From the NCBI RefSeq assembly GCF_006345805.1, contig NC_042997.1, forward strand, positions 182,900,001 to 182,964,000: 64,000 nucleotides of DNA, in the 5' to 3' direction. Each line of letters starts with the position of its first letter. Position 1 is the stretch's first letter. The notes under the pieces were generated by a model. That model had not been told where the DNA came from and did not search any database. It saw only the letters and a list, made by a program, of their open reading frames with translations. A program made the position numbers and the translations under genes. This document shows positions 1-12,047 of this stretch, one piece after another. The DNA comes from Octopus sinensis (taxonomy: Eukaryota).

Positions 1-394
1 AGTTTGAATTAAAGAAAGGGAAAATCATTTGCACTTTCCTTCTTTGGGGAATTGAAATCACCAGTTACAAAAACATAGATGGCTGTTTTTGTAGATGCAG
101 CTGTGATGATACCAAAAAGCAGTGTATGTTGATTGTAGTTTGGTGGGGTGATAAACAACTGTGAGTAAAAGTGTTGGCGTGGTTATACAAATGTCAAGGA
201 AAAATACCTCTTGCTATGACTGGTTCAAGTTATTGCAAGGAAAAGCTGTGGAGCTTAAATGGATATGGACCATTGCACTACCCTAATCCATGGGAATTAT
301 TATGCTCTTTGCAAAACAAATTGAAGCTAGTCATACCAAAACTACCTTTTAGAATAATGTTCCCATGTTTCTGTGACTGTTTCTGTCCCCCAAC

Positions 395-500
395 AAATGA
401 AGTGAGTCCTGACAAATGAAGTGAGTCCCCAACAAATGAAGTGAGTCCCCGACAAATGAAGTGAGTTCATGACTCCTGACAAATGAAGTGAATTCATGGC
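395..500. repeat. Short tandem array, about 20-bp unit ACAAATGAAGTGAGTCC(C/T)N, 5 copies
   Basis: Directly visible; the last two units carry a TTCATG variant. Confidence 0.85.
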
Positions 501-540
501 TCGCAGGACAGTCTGTTGTGCTAACATTGGATCGTAGAGT

Positions 541-1004
541 GACCCACTGTACTTGAGGAGACCTATTGAGTCAAGTACGTCAACATCAACATAAAAATCA
601 AATGGAAATTGTAGTTGTGATACCCATGCCAGTGGCACGTAAAAAGCACCATCCAAACGTGGCTGATGCTAGTGCCACCTGACTGGCGTCCGTGTCGGTG
701 ACACGTAAAAAGCAACAACCGATCGTCCGTTTGCCAGCCTCCTCTAGCCCCTGTGCTGGTGGCACGTAAAAAGCACCCACTACATTCACGGAGTCTCTTC
801 TTTCTTGAGACAGCATTCACCCGGGGTGGATTGAGCTGGCTTCATTCATCCTCAATGCTGAGTGGTTGGAGTTAGGAAGGGAATCCAGCTGTAGAAACAG
901 TGCCAGATCAAACTGGAGCCTGGCACAGCCTCCTGGCTTCCCAGACCCCGATCGAACTGTCCAACCAATGCTAGCATAGAAAATGGACGTTAAACGATGA
1001 TGAT
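541..1004 (+). mobile_element. RTE LINE 3' end (5'-truncated), representative of about 20 copies (e.g. 1320-1697 -, 7430-7810 +, 8690-9125 +, 14040-14625 +, 20380-20790 -, 21118-21321 +, 35380-35490 -, 48120-48660 +, 58790-58955 +, 63280-63580 +)
   Basis: Same sequence as the 3' UTR behind the RTE ORF at 44725-45333: GCACGTAAAAAGCACC modules, GAAGGGCATCCAGC, CCATGCTAGCATGG palindrome, (GAT)n tail. Confidence 0.88.
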
Positions 1005-1920
1005 CAGTTAAGACAGCAACACTTTTTTTTTTACATTGATTTTAAATGTATTTGACCATGAAAATTTAGATAGTTACCTCAAACTGACAACAACTGTTCT
1101 TTGAGAAAAGGATTTATCTTAGTTACACTTCCTCTTTTCAAATACTCTAATCAACAAGAGGAACTGATAGCCATTTCATAACAACGTAGTTAGAATGAAA
1201 TACAGTGAAATATATTTATATTTTAAAAAATCACAATGCAACTTGTAAATTCATGAAATATAAATCACAAGACCAAAATTCTAACAACACTGATATTGCG
1301 TCTCATGTTATTGCACCTTGTCATCATCATCATCATCATTTAGCGTCCGTTCTCCATGCTAGCATGGGTTGGACGGTTCAACTGGGGTCTGTGAAGCTGG
1401 AAGGCTTCATCAGGCCCAGTCAGATCTGGCAGTGTTTCTACGGCTGGATGCCCTTCCTAACGCCAACTACTCCGTGAGTGTAGTGGGTGCTTTTTACGTG
1501 CCACCCGCACAGGTGCCAGACAGAGCTGGCAAACGGCCACGAACGGATGGTGCTTTTACGTGTCACCGGCACGGGGGCCAGGCGAGGCTGGCAACGGCCA
1601 CGAACGGATGGTGCTTTTACGTGTCACCGGCACGGGGGCCAGACAGAGCTGGCAAACGGCCATGAACAGATGGTGCTTTTACATGTCACTGGCACGTGAT
1701 ATTGCAAAATAACTATAGCAACCATAGTTAAGTTTACATTATAAAATACAAACATAGGGTTTACAAATTCAGAGAAAATACAGTATAAAAATATTGGATT
1801 TATAATTAAGAGCTTCCATCAATCTTTTTTTTTTTTTTTTTTAAATCTGACTAGCTTCATAAAATTCAAAAGATAACAGAAAAATAACAAAAATGTCAGA
1901 AATAGAAAGAAATAACTCAC

Positions 1921-2011
1921 AGGATCTAAACCAAATGGATAAGGCTGTCCTGTAGCAAATGTTTGATTTGGATCAAACTGGAGTAGAGTGTTCTCTCTCA
2001 GTGTTGAATTA
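1921..2011 (-). CDS. ATP6V0A1: V-ATPase subunit a, coding exon 13 (SNSTLRENTLLQFDPNQTFATGQPYPFGLDP), 91 nt; last exon in window
   Basis: tatatgcag acceptor, GTGAGT donor, phase 2 to 0; YPFGLDP motif. Confidence 0.94.
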
Positions 2012-2813
2012 CTGCATATAAAGAAAAAGAAAAACATTACCAGTGGTTTAAAAATATAGAGTTTGGACTCATTGAATTTTGTTAAAAGGTATATTATATC
2101 TTCAACAATATACAGTGACACCCCATTCTTCAAAATACTGTTTGTGTGTGTGTGTGTGTGCGCAAAGTACAGAGGATCTGCAAAGGTTACAAAGAAACAA
2201 AGTGAACATTCACTGCTGGATGCATAATACATGAATGACAAAGCACAAATGAGCCGAGAGAAAAAGTTGAACATAAAGCAAGCATAAGTGTGACTGTGTG
2301 GTAAGAAGCTTGCTTTCCAACAACATGGTTCCAGGTTCAGTCCTACTGTGTAGCACCTTGGGCAAGTGTCTACTATAGACTCAGGCCAACCAAAGCCTTG
2401 TTAGTGGATTTTGTTGATGGAAACTGAAAGAATCCTGTCCATCCAACCACCACTTGACAACTAGTGCTGGTCTGTTTACGTACCTGTAACTTAGCAGTTC
2501 GGCAAAAGAGACTGGTAGAATAAGCACCAGGCTTAAAAAAATAAGTACTGGAGTTGATTCATTTGACTAAAAAATTATCTTAGGCAGTGCCCCAACATGG
2601 CCGCAGTCTAATGACTGGAACAAAATAACATTGAAGTGTAGCGTATAAGAGAGAAGACTGCATTATATGGGCATGTGATGTTGGATCCTGTTGAATCTGT
2701 TCAACCCATGCGAAGCATGGAAAACAGATATGAAGAGGAAGATAACAGCATTCACTTACAGGAAATAAACCGAAAGCAAGGAGTAAGATAAATCTAATAG
2801 AGACTGATGTATT

Positions 2814-3238
2814 TACTCTCTCTTTTACTCTTTTACTTGTTTCAGTCATTTGACTGCGGCCATGATGGAGCACCGCCTTTAGTCGAGCAAATCGACCCCG
2901 GGACTTATTCTTTGTAAGCCCAGTACTTATTCTATCGGTCTCTTTTGCCGAACCGCTAAGTGACGGGGACGTAAACACACCAGCATCGGTTGTCAAGCAA
3001 TGCTAGGGGGACAAACACAGACACACAAACATATACACACACACTTATATATATATATATATATATACATATATACGACAGGCTTCTTTCAGTTTCCGTC
3101 TACCAAATCCACTCACAAGGCATTGGTCGGCCCGGGGCTATAGCAGAAGACACTTGCCCAAGGTGCCACGCAGTGGGACTGAACCCAGAACCATGTGGTT
3201 GGTAAGCAAGCTACTTACCACACAGCCACTCCTGCGCC
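2814..3238 (-). mobile_element. tRNA-derived SINE family A with central (TA)n(TG)n tract; best copy. Others: 2288-2622 +, 4811-5196 -, 11031-11428 -, 15846-16130 -, 16575-16858 -, 16860-17240 -, 21846-22210 -, 25945-26325 +, 33020-33420 -, 42865-43099 plus 45400-45450 +, 49737-50148 -
   Basis: Head GGAGTGGCTGTGTGGTAAG (box A-like) and GGTTCAGTCCC (box B-like), CORE-like CCTTGGGCAAGTG, tail AAGTAAAAGAG; many near-identical copies. Resembles octopus OR-type CORE-SINEs (name unverified). Confidence 0.88.
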
Positions 3239-3510
3239 TATTTGAATGACATATAGAAAAAAATTCTTCACAACCACATCGTTCAAGTTCAGTCCTACTG
3301 CATGGCACTATGCACAAATGTCTTCTGTGATAGCCCCAGGTTGATCAAAGCCTTGTGAGTAGATTTGGTTGATGGAAACTTAAATAAACCTATTTCGTTT
3401 TTGGAAAATGACTCTCCCCAGACACAATTTGAAAATGACTCTCTCGTTTTGAAAATGACTCTCCCCAGACACAATTAAATAAACCTGTTATATGAATGTA
3501 TGTGCATGTA

Positions 3511-4076
3511 TTGGATTGTCCAGAAAGTTCATGCCGATTTTTAAAGGAAAGAAAAAAATTAATAAATACTTGCCATTACATTTTTAATCAACCAAATATG
3601 AACCAATTTGTTGCACAATGCGTCTTCATCTTTCCTTTAACTTGAAAATACCCTTTTCCCAGAATTGAGGTGGTTTCATGGCAAACAATTCATCAAGGTA
3701 TCATTTTACGTTATCAAAGGAATTGAAATTTTTACCATTAAAACTATTCTGCAGAGACCTGAATAAGTGGAAATCCGAAGGAGCAATATCTGGTGAATAT
3801 GGAGGGTGGGGTGACACATCCCAGCCGAGCTGCAGCAATTTTTGTCTGGTTCCCAAAGCATCAAGTGCCGAAAATGAACTTTTTTATCTTCCATTTTAAA
3901 GGGCTACAGAATTAACACAGGTTATAGGAACATAAATCTTCTTCCACGAAAAGATAGCTTAAACTGTGCTCTAAATGGAGGTGTAGTCAAATCCTATTTC
4001 ATGGACTCAACCATGTTCTAAAATAAGTCAAAAGGTAAGCTACTATAAATCGGCATGAACTTTCCAGACAACCCGA
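3511..4076 (-). mobile_element. Internally deleted mariner (non-autonomous, 566 bp)
   Basis: 30-bp TIRs TTGGATTGTCCAGAAAGTTCATGCCGATTT / AAATCGGCATGAACTTTCCAGACAACCCGA with TA on both sides; transposase N-terminus MEDKKVHFRHLMLWE fused to C-terminal HPPYSPDIAPSDFHLFRSLQN. Confidence 0.92.
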
Positions 4077-4320
4077 TATGTTTGTGCCTCCTTGTCTTGA
4101 CCTCATGTGATAGCTGTATATGATTGTCAGTGAGACAAGCAGTGTCATTCATTTCCAATATACTGCAAGACTATATTTGTCCATGGGGAAATATTACCTT
4201 GCTTAGAAACAAGTGAGGGTCAGCAACAGGGAGATCTGCCTCAAACTTTGTCCAACCCAAGTAAGCTTGAAAAAGTGGATGCTAAAATGATGATGTTGAT
4301 AAATCCAAAAGAAAACTCAC

Positions 4321-4457
4321 CTATATGAAGAATGCCAAGATGTACCAAATATATTGAAAGATTTAGAATAGCAATCATTATAGATTAGTCCAGTGTACAT
4401 AGCAAACAATCCCATCAACATTATAATGTAACGACCTCCAAAGAAGGTGTTGAATAT
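4321..4457 (-). CDS. ATP6V0A1: V-ATPase subunit a, coding exon 12 ([45 protein letters not shown]), 137 nt
   Basis: ctttctttcag acceptor, GTGAGT donor, phase 0 to 2; not in ORF track, translated by hand. Confidence 0.96.
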
Positions 4458-4998
4458 CTGAAAGAAAGAAAAAAACAAATATAAACAAAATAAAAGTTAT
4501 AGTTTGGCATTTAAATTAGCAAATGTCAAAGTCAGTTTCAAAGGATTATTGGCAAACTTGAAATGATAATGTTTGCTTTTCTCATGACCAATTCTACCAA
4601 AGACATTCAAGAGTAGAAAGTCAAAAATAATTTTGTTTTCCACTATTGAAAGGTTAGATGAAAAAACTTTACAGAGAAGCTTTAATCATTGTGTCATTGT
4701 ATATGATAAATATATCCCATAATAAAAATTAATATTTTGACAATCAATATTGGGAAGAAGCAAGGCAGAAGAAAGCTGGCAGAATTGTTAGCACACCAGG
4801 CAAAATGCTTACTCTTTTACTTGTTTCAGTCATTTGACTGCAGCCATGCTGGAGCACCGCCTTTAGTCAAGCAAATCGACCCCAAGACTTATTCTTTGTA
4901 AGCCTAGTACTTATTCTATCAGTCACTTTTGCCGAACTGCTAAGTTACAGGGACATAAACACACCAGCATCAGTTGTCAAGCGATGTTGGGGGGACAA

Positions 4999-5033
<35 letters not shown>

Positions 5034-5689
5034 CAACGGGCTTCTTTCAGTTTCCGCCTACCAAATCCACTCACAAGGCTTTGGTCAGCCCGAGGCTATA
5101 GTAGAAGACACTTGCCCAAGGTGCCATGCAGTGGGACTGAACCCAGAACTATGTGGTTGGTAAGCAAGCTTCTAACCACACGGCCACTCCTGCGCCTTAG
5201 CAGCATTTCATCCATCTTTATGTGCTGAGTTCAAATTCCGTCAGGGTTGACTTTGCCGTTCATCCTTTCAGGATTAATAAAATAAGTACCAGTTGAGCAC
5301 TGGGGTCAATGTAATCGACTAGCCTCCTACCACCAAAATCCTGGTCTTGTGCCTTTAGCAGAAAGGAATATTAGGGAGTAGTAAGATCATTGGAAGTTTT
5401 AAAATCTTGAATTTTTCATTAAAAGCCAGAACAGAACAAGGTATTTAATGTTAGTTTAATAATAAATATTAGTTTCCAATTTTGGCACAAGGCCAGTAAT
5501 TTCAGGGAGGGAGTAAGTCAATTACATTAACCCCAGTACTCAAATGGTAATTATTTTATCAACCCCAAAAGGTTGAAAGGCAAAAATCAACCCCAGCAGG
5601 ATTTGAACTCAGTACACAAAGAGGCAAAAGTGCTGCTAAGCATTTTGTCCAGCACAGTAATGATTTTGCCAGCTCACCACCCTAATTTA

Positions 5690-6110
5690 ATTTATTTCTT
5701 TATTGCCCACACAAGGGGCTAAACATAGAGGGAACCAACAAGGACAGACAAGGGGATTAAGTCGATTACATCAACCGCAGTGATTAACTGGTACTTATTT
5801 AATCAACCCCGAAAGGATGAAAGGCAAAGTCGACCTCAGCGGAATTTGAACTCAGAACGTAACGGCAGACGAAATACCTATTTCTTTATTGCCCACACAA
5901 GGGGCTAAACACAGAGGGGACAAATAAGGACAGACAAGGGGATTAAGTCGATTATATTGACCCCAGTGATTAACTGGTACTTATTTAATCAACCCCGAAA
6001 GGATGAAAGGCAAAGACGACTTCGGCAGAATTTGAACTCAGAACGTAGCGGCAGATGAAATACCGCTAAGCATTTTGCCTGGTGTGCTAACGATTCTGCC
6101 AGCTCCCCAA
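5690..6110 (-). mobile_element. tRNA-derived SINE family B with internally duplicated 3' part. Others: 4773-4809 plus 5197-5370 +, 5480-5680 -, 18616-18845 +, 40420-40805 -, 45795-45985 +, 47125-47478 -, 60940-61165 -
   Basis: GAGCTGGCAGAATCGTTAG head, GAGTTCAAATTC box B, GTCGACTTTGCCTTTCATCCTTTCGGGG body, AGCCCCTTGTGGG tail. Confidence 0.86.
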
Positions 6111-6265
6111 CTTTTCACCACCCTAATTAAATAATAGTTAAAATAGTTTTTACAATTCTCATTAAATTTAGAATGGAGATGCTTGAAAAATATGCAAATT
6201 ACCGACAAAGAAACAAAAGAAAAAAAATTTATCAAATAAACTACTATAAAAAAAGAATATCTTAC

Positions 6266-6402
6266 TTCGTTGTCACCTTTTCCAGACAATTTATTTTCTA
6301 AAAGAACCAGTGTCAGACCAAAGAGAAACAGAAGAAAACCATGACCACTATCACCAAACATTACTCCAAACAAAAATGGAAAAGTGATCACAGTATACAG
6401 AG
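6266..6402 (-). CDS. ATP6V0A1: V-ATPase subunit a, coding exon 11 (ALYTVITFPFLFGVMFGDSGHGFLLFLFGLTLVLLENKLSGKGDNE), 137 nt, first TM helices
   Basis: ctttgcag acceptor, GTAAGA donor, phase 1 to 0. Confidence 0.96.
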
Positions 6403-7086
6403 CTGCAAAGACAAAATATATACAAAACAGTGAGCATACATGTATATAAGTCAAGGTGCCATCCTTAGAAAAACAACTCTCAATCAACACAACTTTGTAT
6501 CAAACACATTAAACAATACAGACTAAAGAAAAATATATATTTAAAACTTTTATATAATTGATAAAATTTGCTCATTTGATTATTAGTTACCATAGCAATG
6601 TACACATACACACACTCTATCAATTGAGCCAAACTATATACATTAAAACTGTTCTTTATTAGGTGGGTTTTTTTTTAATAATTTAGGTTTTACAGAGACA
6701 AAAATGGTGATGATAAATTTCAAGGGACAAGTTTACCTAGCACATATTAAGGAAGAGAAGAGGGAGAGATGGAGAGAGAGAACAATAGAACAATGGGGTG
6801 GGAAAGGCAAAGTGATAAAAAAAAAGAGAAAAATGGTAAAAAAAAAAAACAAAAAAACACAGAGAGAAAAGTGTTGGAAGAAGGTCAAAAGGAAAAGAAA
6901 TAAAAGAGAGTCAACAAAAGAAATAAAGATAAAGAAAAGGAGACAGAAGACAAAAAAAATGATCGTGGATGGGCAAGTTAAATTACAGTTAACTTTCCTA
7001 ATGAATTAGTATCAAGAAAATATATTAAAGCAAGTCTGAAGTCTAGTTTCAAACTACTTAGAAACAAGTAATGAGCCAGTAATAGG

Positions 7087-7350
7087 TTTAGCCCTTTAAT
7101 TTTTAAACTAGTCATATCAAACCCAAATATTCTACATGTTTTATGTTCAAGATCTAGCCTCTCACACCTACCCTATACAAAGTCATTCTAAAAATAAACA
7201 CACCAGCATTGATTGTCAAGCGATGTTGGGGGGACAATCAAACAGCCAAATCCAAGTCTCGAAATTAGGAAATAATCTATCATTAATTCAAAACAATATG
7301 AATAAATAAGTATTACATTTGACAGAATAATCTGAATGCTAAAAGATTAG
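7087..7350. mobile_element. piggyBac-type MITE (decayed TTAA-CCCTTT...AAAGGG-TTAA ends) containing a SINE A fragment; related MITEs at 11429-11628 and 43100-43259 plus 45334-45395
   Basis: Terminal ttagcccttt / aaaagattag; cleaner AAAGGGTTAA end at 45390-45399. Confidence 0.6.
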
Positions 7351-7834
7351 AATTCATTCATTCAAGTACCCCAGTTTACTTACTATAAACTAATTTTTCT
7401 TTTTTTATTATTAATTTTATATTTTGCCACGTTGAGACCTACTGAGTCAAGTACATCAACATCAAAATAAAAATTCAAATGGAAATTGTAGTTAAGACAC
7501 CCGTGCCAGTGACACGTAAAAAGTACCGTCCGAACGTGGCAGATGCCTGGTTGGCGTCTGTGACACATAAAAGCACCAACCAATCATGGCTGTTTGCCAA
7601 CCTGCTCTGGCCTCTGTGCCAGTGGCACGTAAAAAACACCCACTACACTCATGGAGTGGTTGGCGTTAGGAAAGGCATCCAGCTGTAGAAACACTGCCAA
7701 ATCAGACTAGAGCCTGGTGCAGCCTCCATGGCTTCCAGACTCCGGTCAAACCGTCCAACAACCCATGCTAGCGTGGAAAACAGACGTTAAATGATAATGA
7801 TGATGATGTTCTAGAAAGATGTGTTTTAGATTAC

Positions 7835-7985
7835 CTGGATTCACTTCTCCATAATCCGCAACACCATACGCATCGACAATTGCTTGAAAACCACTGGTGA
7901 ATTTATTGTTTTGTATGTAGGTTGGAGGGTTCTCAGTTGTTTGCATTCGATGCAAAATATTTGGAGCATGACTACTGCTTACTTC
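7835..7985 (-). CDS. ATP6V0A1: V-ATPase subunit a, coding exon 10 (EVSSSHAPNILHRMQTTENPPTYIQNNKFTSGFQAIVDAYGVADYGEVNP), 151 nt
   Basis: ttttcaatag acceptor, GTAATC donor, phase 0 to 1. Confidence 0.96.
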
Positions 7986-9914
7986 CTATTGAAAACAAAA
8001 ATTCAAAAATAAACTCACATTTTTAATATCTAAAAACAGACAGGAGTAAAGTATAAAAATAATCATTTCTATTCTTAGTTTCAAAGATTACAATTTCTTT
8101 TAAAAATAAATACATTTTTCCTTTCTAAATTTCTAGCAAGCTGCATGAAGACCTCAGTAGTACTAGTGGCACTAGATAAAACACCCATAACTTACAGTAG
8201 TTGGCATTAAGGACATCCAGCCATAGAAACTATGTCAAAGTAGACAATGGATCACAACAACACAATCCTTGTTGTTGTTGTTGATGATAAGGATATTGAT
8301 GATGTTGACGATGATGATTATGATGATGACGACGACGATGACAACGATGATGATGACGATGCATATTGGCATGAACATGTTGGATCCTGTCAAACCATAC
8401 AACCCATCATTTAATGTCCATCCTCCATGTTGGCATGGGCTGGAGAGTTTGACAAGAGTTGGCCAGTTGAAGTGCTGCCCAGACTCCATGTTTGTTTTGG
8501 CCTTCCTAGATGATGATACATGTCCCTTGTTTTCAAACCAATTTTCCATATAGGCATTGGGTGGGCAGGTCTCATCACTTGACAATTTTTCTTCATCAGG
8601 CACATACGGCAACACAGAAAACCAACCAAATTTGTTGTCTGAGTCAGATGCTGAGTCTCATGGAGGAGATGACAAAGGATCAAAATGGTTGGCAATTTGC
8701 TATACTCAAGAATCAAAATCAAATTCGATGACTGGCGTCCATACTAGTGGGGTGCAAAGAGCACCATACGAGTGTGATCATTGACAGAGAAGCTAACCGG
8801 CTTCCGTGCTGGTGGCACTTAAAAGGCACAATTCGAGTGTGATCATTACCAGCATTGCCTTACTGGCACCTGTATTGGTGGCATGTGTAAAAGATTTGAG
8901 TGAGGTCATTGCCAGTACTGCCTGACTGGCCCCGTGTTGGTAGCACGTAAAAGTACCCACTACACTCTCAGAGTGGTTGGCGTTCGGAAGGGCATCCAGC
9001 TGTAGAAACTCTGCCAGATGAAGATTGAAGCCTAGTGCAGCCATCTGGTTCGCCAGCTCTCAGTCAATCGTCCAACCCATGCTAGCATGGAAAGCAGACG
9101 TTAAACGATGATGATGATGAAGAAGATGCATCATCCATAACAGTATAAATGAAGTCTCAAAACCATCTTGGTTATGTTTGCTCATGCAAGAGCCCTGTAC
9201 CACCACCCTTCTACCTTGTCAAGCATTTCTCATTTACACCCCCTCATTCTCATCCCTTCCCCCATCCTCCAGTTATTTCTCCTCATCTCCCTTGCCATAC
9301 TTCATCTTAACACCTCCCATATCTGCTACCATTCCCTGTGCCCTCTCCTGTCTACCACCATGCCCACTCACCATACCACCCTTACGTACATCTACATCTC
9401 TCTCCCCACCACTCCTAAATGTCAATCCTCATGCCCATTTCCCGATCTATCATCCCTGAGCCACTCATCTCTCTCATCTTACTCCCTCCACCACTACCAT
9501 TCATATTTCCAATATTTCCAATCAAACTGCTCTTCTACTCCCCGCCTATACATCACTGACTCCAGTCACCTCTGCCACAATCTCTAACCATCTGTTACTC
9601 TCCCCTCACATTCTTGTAACTGCTTTCACCCCTGATCTACTGTTGGTACACACACATCATTTAAGGGAGACTTTTCCCCTTTTCTTGTTCTTTCCTGTCT
9701 TGCAAGTTACTAGGCAACCTCACTGGTGCCAGTGGTACAAAACAAGGCACCTAGTATCCATTGTAAAATAGTTGACATTAGGAAGGGCATCCAGTCATAG
9801 AAACATGCCAAAGTTGATATGGAGCACTATGCAGCTCTATTGCTAATCAGATCCTGCCAAACCATCAAACTCATTCCAGCAAGAAAAATGGGCATCAATT
9901 ATTTTTGTGACAAT

Positions 9915-10390
9915 GACGATGATGGCAATGATGATGATGATGAAATGGCAATGATGATGGTGATAATGAAATGACGATGATGATGAAATGACGATGATGA
10001 TGAAATGACGATGATGATGAAATAACGATGATGATGAAATAACGATGATGATGAAATAACGATGATGATGATGAAATGACGATGATGATGATGATGAAAT
10101 GACGATGATGATGATGATGAAATGACGATGATGATGATGATGAATGACGATGATGATGATGATGAATGACGATGATGATGAATGACGATGATGATGATGA
10201 TGAATAACGATGATGATGATGAAGAAATGACGATGATGAAGAAATGACGATGATGAAGAAATGACGATGATGAAGAAATGACGATGATGAAGAAATGACG
10301 ATGATGAAGAAATGACGATGATGATGAAATAATGATGATGAAATGATGATGATGATGAAATGACGATGATGATGATGCAGCAGCAGCAGC
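9915..10390. repeat. Compound (GAT)n minisatellite with unit AATGAC(GAT)nGA
   Basis: About 25 units of 14-23 bp; source of the poly-H/I/S ORFs 9895..10416 and 9899..10408. Confidence 0.93.
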
Positions 10391-10707
10391 AAGCATTTTA
10401 ACATCCACTTTTCCATGCTTGCATGAATTAGATTAATATGTTAAGATAGATTTTCTACAATCAGATGCTCTGCCTGCCACCAACCCTTACCAGTTTCCAA
10501 GAAAGTTAATATTTCTCCTAATCTTTTAAACTATGTTAGTACAATGGCTTGACATGTTTTCACAGAAGATTACAAACAAACAATCTTGCTTACATAATAA
10601 TAACATTTGTTTACAACTGATGTCAAAACAAAGAGACAAATACATACACACACATTGAATTAAATTTATGAACCAATAATTTTGATAATAATTAACCGTA
10701 ATATTAC

Positions 10708-10920
10708 TTTGCCATGTTCTAAGGCAGCTTGAACTTTCTCTAAGGCAATCACTGGAGTCCAACCTTCAGCAATGAGACTGTTATGAGAAACATCAAAATT
10801 AAACATGTTCAAGGTGTGGTAGATCGCTTTAATCTTCTCCACTTTGGTCCGCCACACATAAAGCTCTTTCTTGGCATTTGTCAAGACACGGATTCGATGC
10901 TCTTTAGTTTGTGCAAGAAC
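10708..10920 (-). CDS. ATP6V0A1: V-ATPase subunit a, coding exon 9 (VLAQTKEHRIRVL...KIKAIYHTLNMFNFD...LIAEGWTP...ALEHGK), 213 nt
   Basis: tttacag acceptor, GTAATA donor, phase 0 to 0; within ORF 10666..11031. Confidence 0.95.
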
Positions 10921-11229
10921 CTGTAAATAAAATGATAATTCTATATTTAGGTAGACATGGAGGTGTTTTGTTTTTTGTGCATCTTTTTTATCATCATTAT
11001 TCATAAGGAAATGGGCTTTGCTTAACTCCACTACTCTCTTTTACTTGTTTCAGTCATGTGACTATGGCCATGCTGGAGCACCATCTTTAGCAACTCGACC
11101 CTAGGGCTTATTCTTTGTAAGCCTAATACTTATTCTATCGATCTCTTTTGCCGAACTGCTAAGTTACGGGGACGTAACCACACCAGCATTGGTTGTCAAG
11201 CGATGTTGGGAGGACAAACAGACACACAA

Positions 11230-11266
<37 letters not shown>

Positions 11267-11953
11267 CATGATGGGCATCTTTCAGTTTCCATCAACCAAA
11301 TCCACTCACAAGGCTTTGGTCGGCCCGAGGCTATAGTAGAAGACATTTCCCCAAGGTGCCACGCAGTGGAACTGAACCCGGAACCATGTGGTTCGTAAGC
11401 AAGCTACTTACCACACAGCCACTCCTACTACCATATTTCTTTGTTTCAATTAATTTTAAAATCATGAAGAATTTAACAAAATAACTTTGTTGTTATTAAT
11501 CTTGTGTTTGGAACACAAATTAACAAGAAATTTTAATGGAAAATTATAATTTAGATCACTTTAAAATAGGAAGTTTGTATCCTGGAAACAAGGACAACCT
11601 CAAGTAGATTGGTATTAAAAGGGGTAAAGTCATTAGTGATGAAATATCTTAGATCAGATATAAATTAATGATCTGAAGTCAAAATAATAAGAGATTACTG
11701 GAATGCAAGAAGATAGGTGAAGGAAAATAGCTTTACAGGGCAATCATTCTTGGAATGAAAGCTAACATAGGGTTTGAGGAAAAACAATACAAGTGCCATT
11801 TTCACATGATTCTTGCTTCATAAAGTTTAAGATAGAGATCTAAATTTCTTAACCTCATTACATGATTTATAGCTAAAACATAGAACTATTTTAAAATGTG
11901 AAAATTTTAAATGCAAAAGAACAAATATACAATATTATTTTAAACATACTTAC

Positions 11954-12047
11954 AATATTTAAGTCTAGCAAACGATTTGTGACTCCAGTCAGAGTTTCTT
12001 GGCGATCTTGAGCAGTGTCAGGACATGGGTAAACATTGGCATGAAAA
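11954..12047 (-). CDS. ATP6V0A1: V-ATPase subunit a, coding exon 8 (FHANVYPCPDTAQDRQETLTGVTNRLLDLNI), 94 nt
   Basis: ctttcag acceptor, GTAAGT donor, phase 2 to 0; YPCP motif. Confidence 0.94.

Noticed and set aside
1-390. Possible next V-ATPase exon (expected IW..A.NKL.FLNS.KMK)
   Set aside because: No minus-strand frame gives this motif; the GIIT match near 110 is chance. The exon lies outside the window.
1487-1697. Repeat-spacer pattern resembling a CRISPR array
   Set aside because: Spacers are homologous to each other, the array is part of the RTE 3' UTR, the DNA is eukaryotic and there are no cas genes.
2580-5228. Recurrent ORFs such as QRASFSFRLPNPLTRLWSARGYSRRHLPKVP
   Set aside because: Translations of SINE A antisense; recurrence reflects repeat copies, not a protein family.
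9895-10416. His/Ile/Ser-rich ORFs (also 8235-8615, 52374-52830)
   Set aside because: Translations of trinucleotide repeats.
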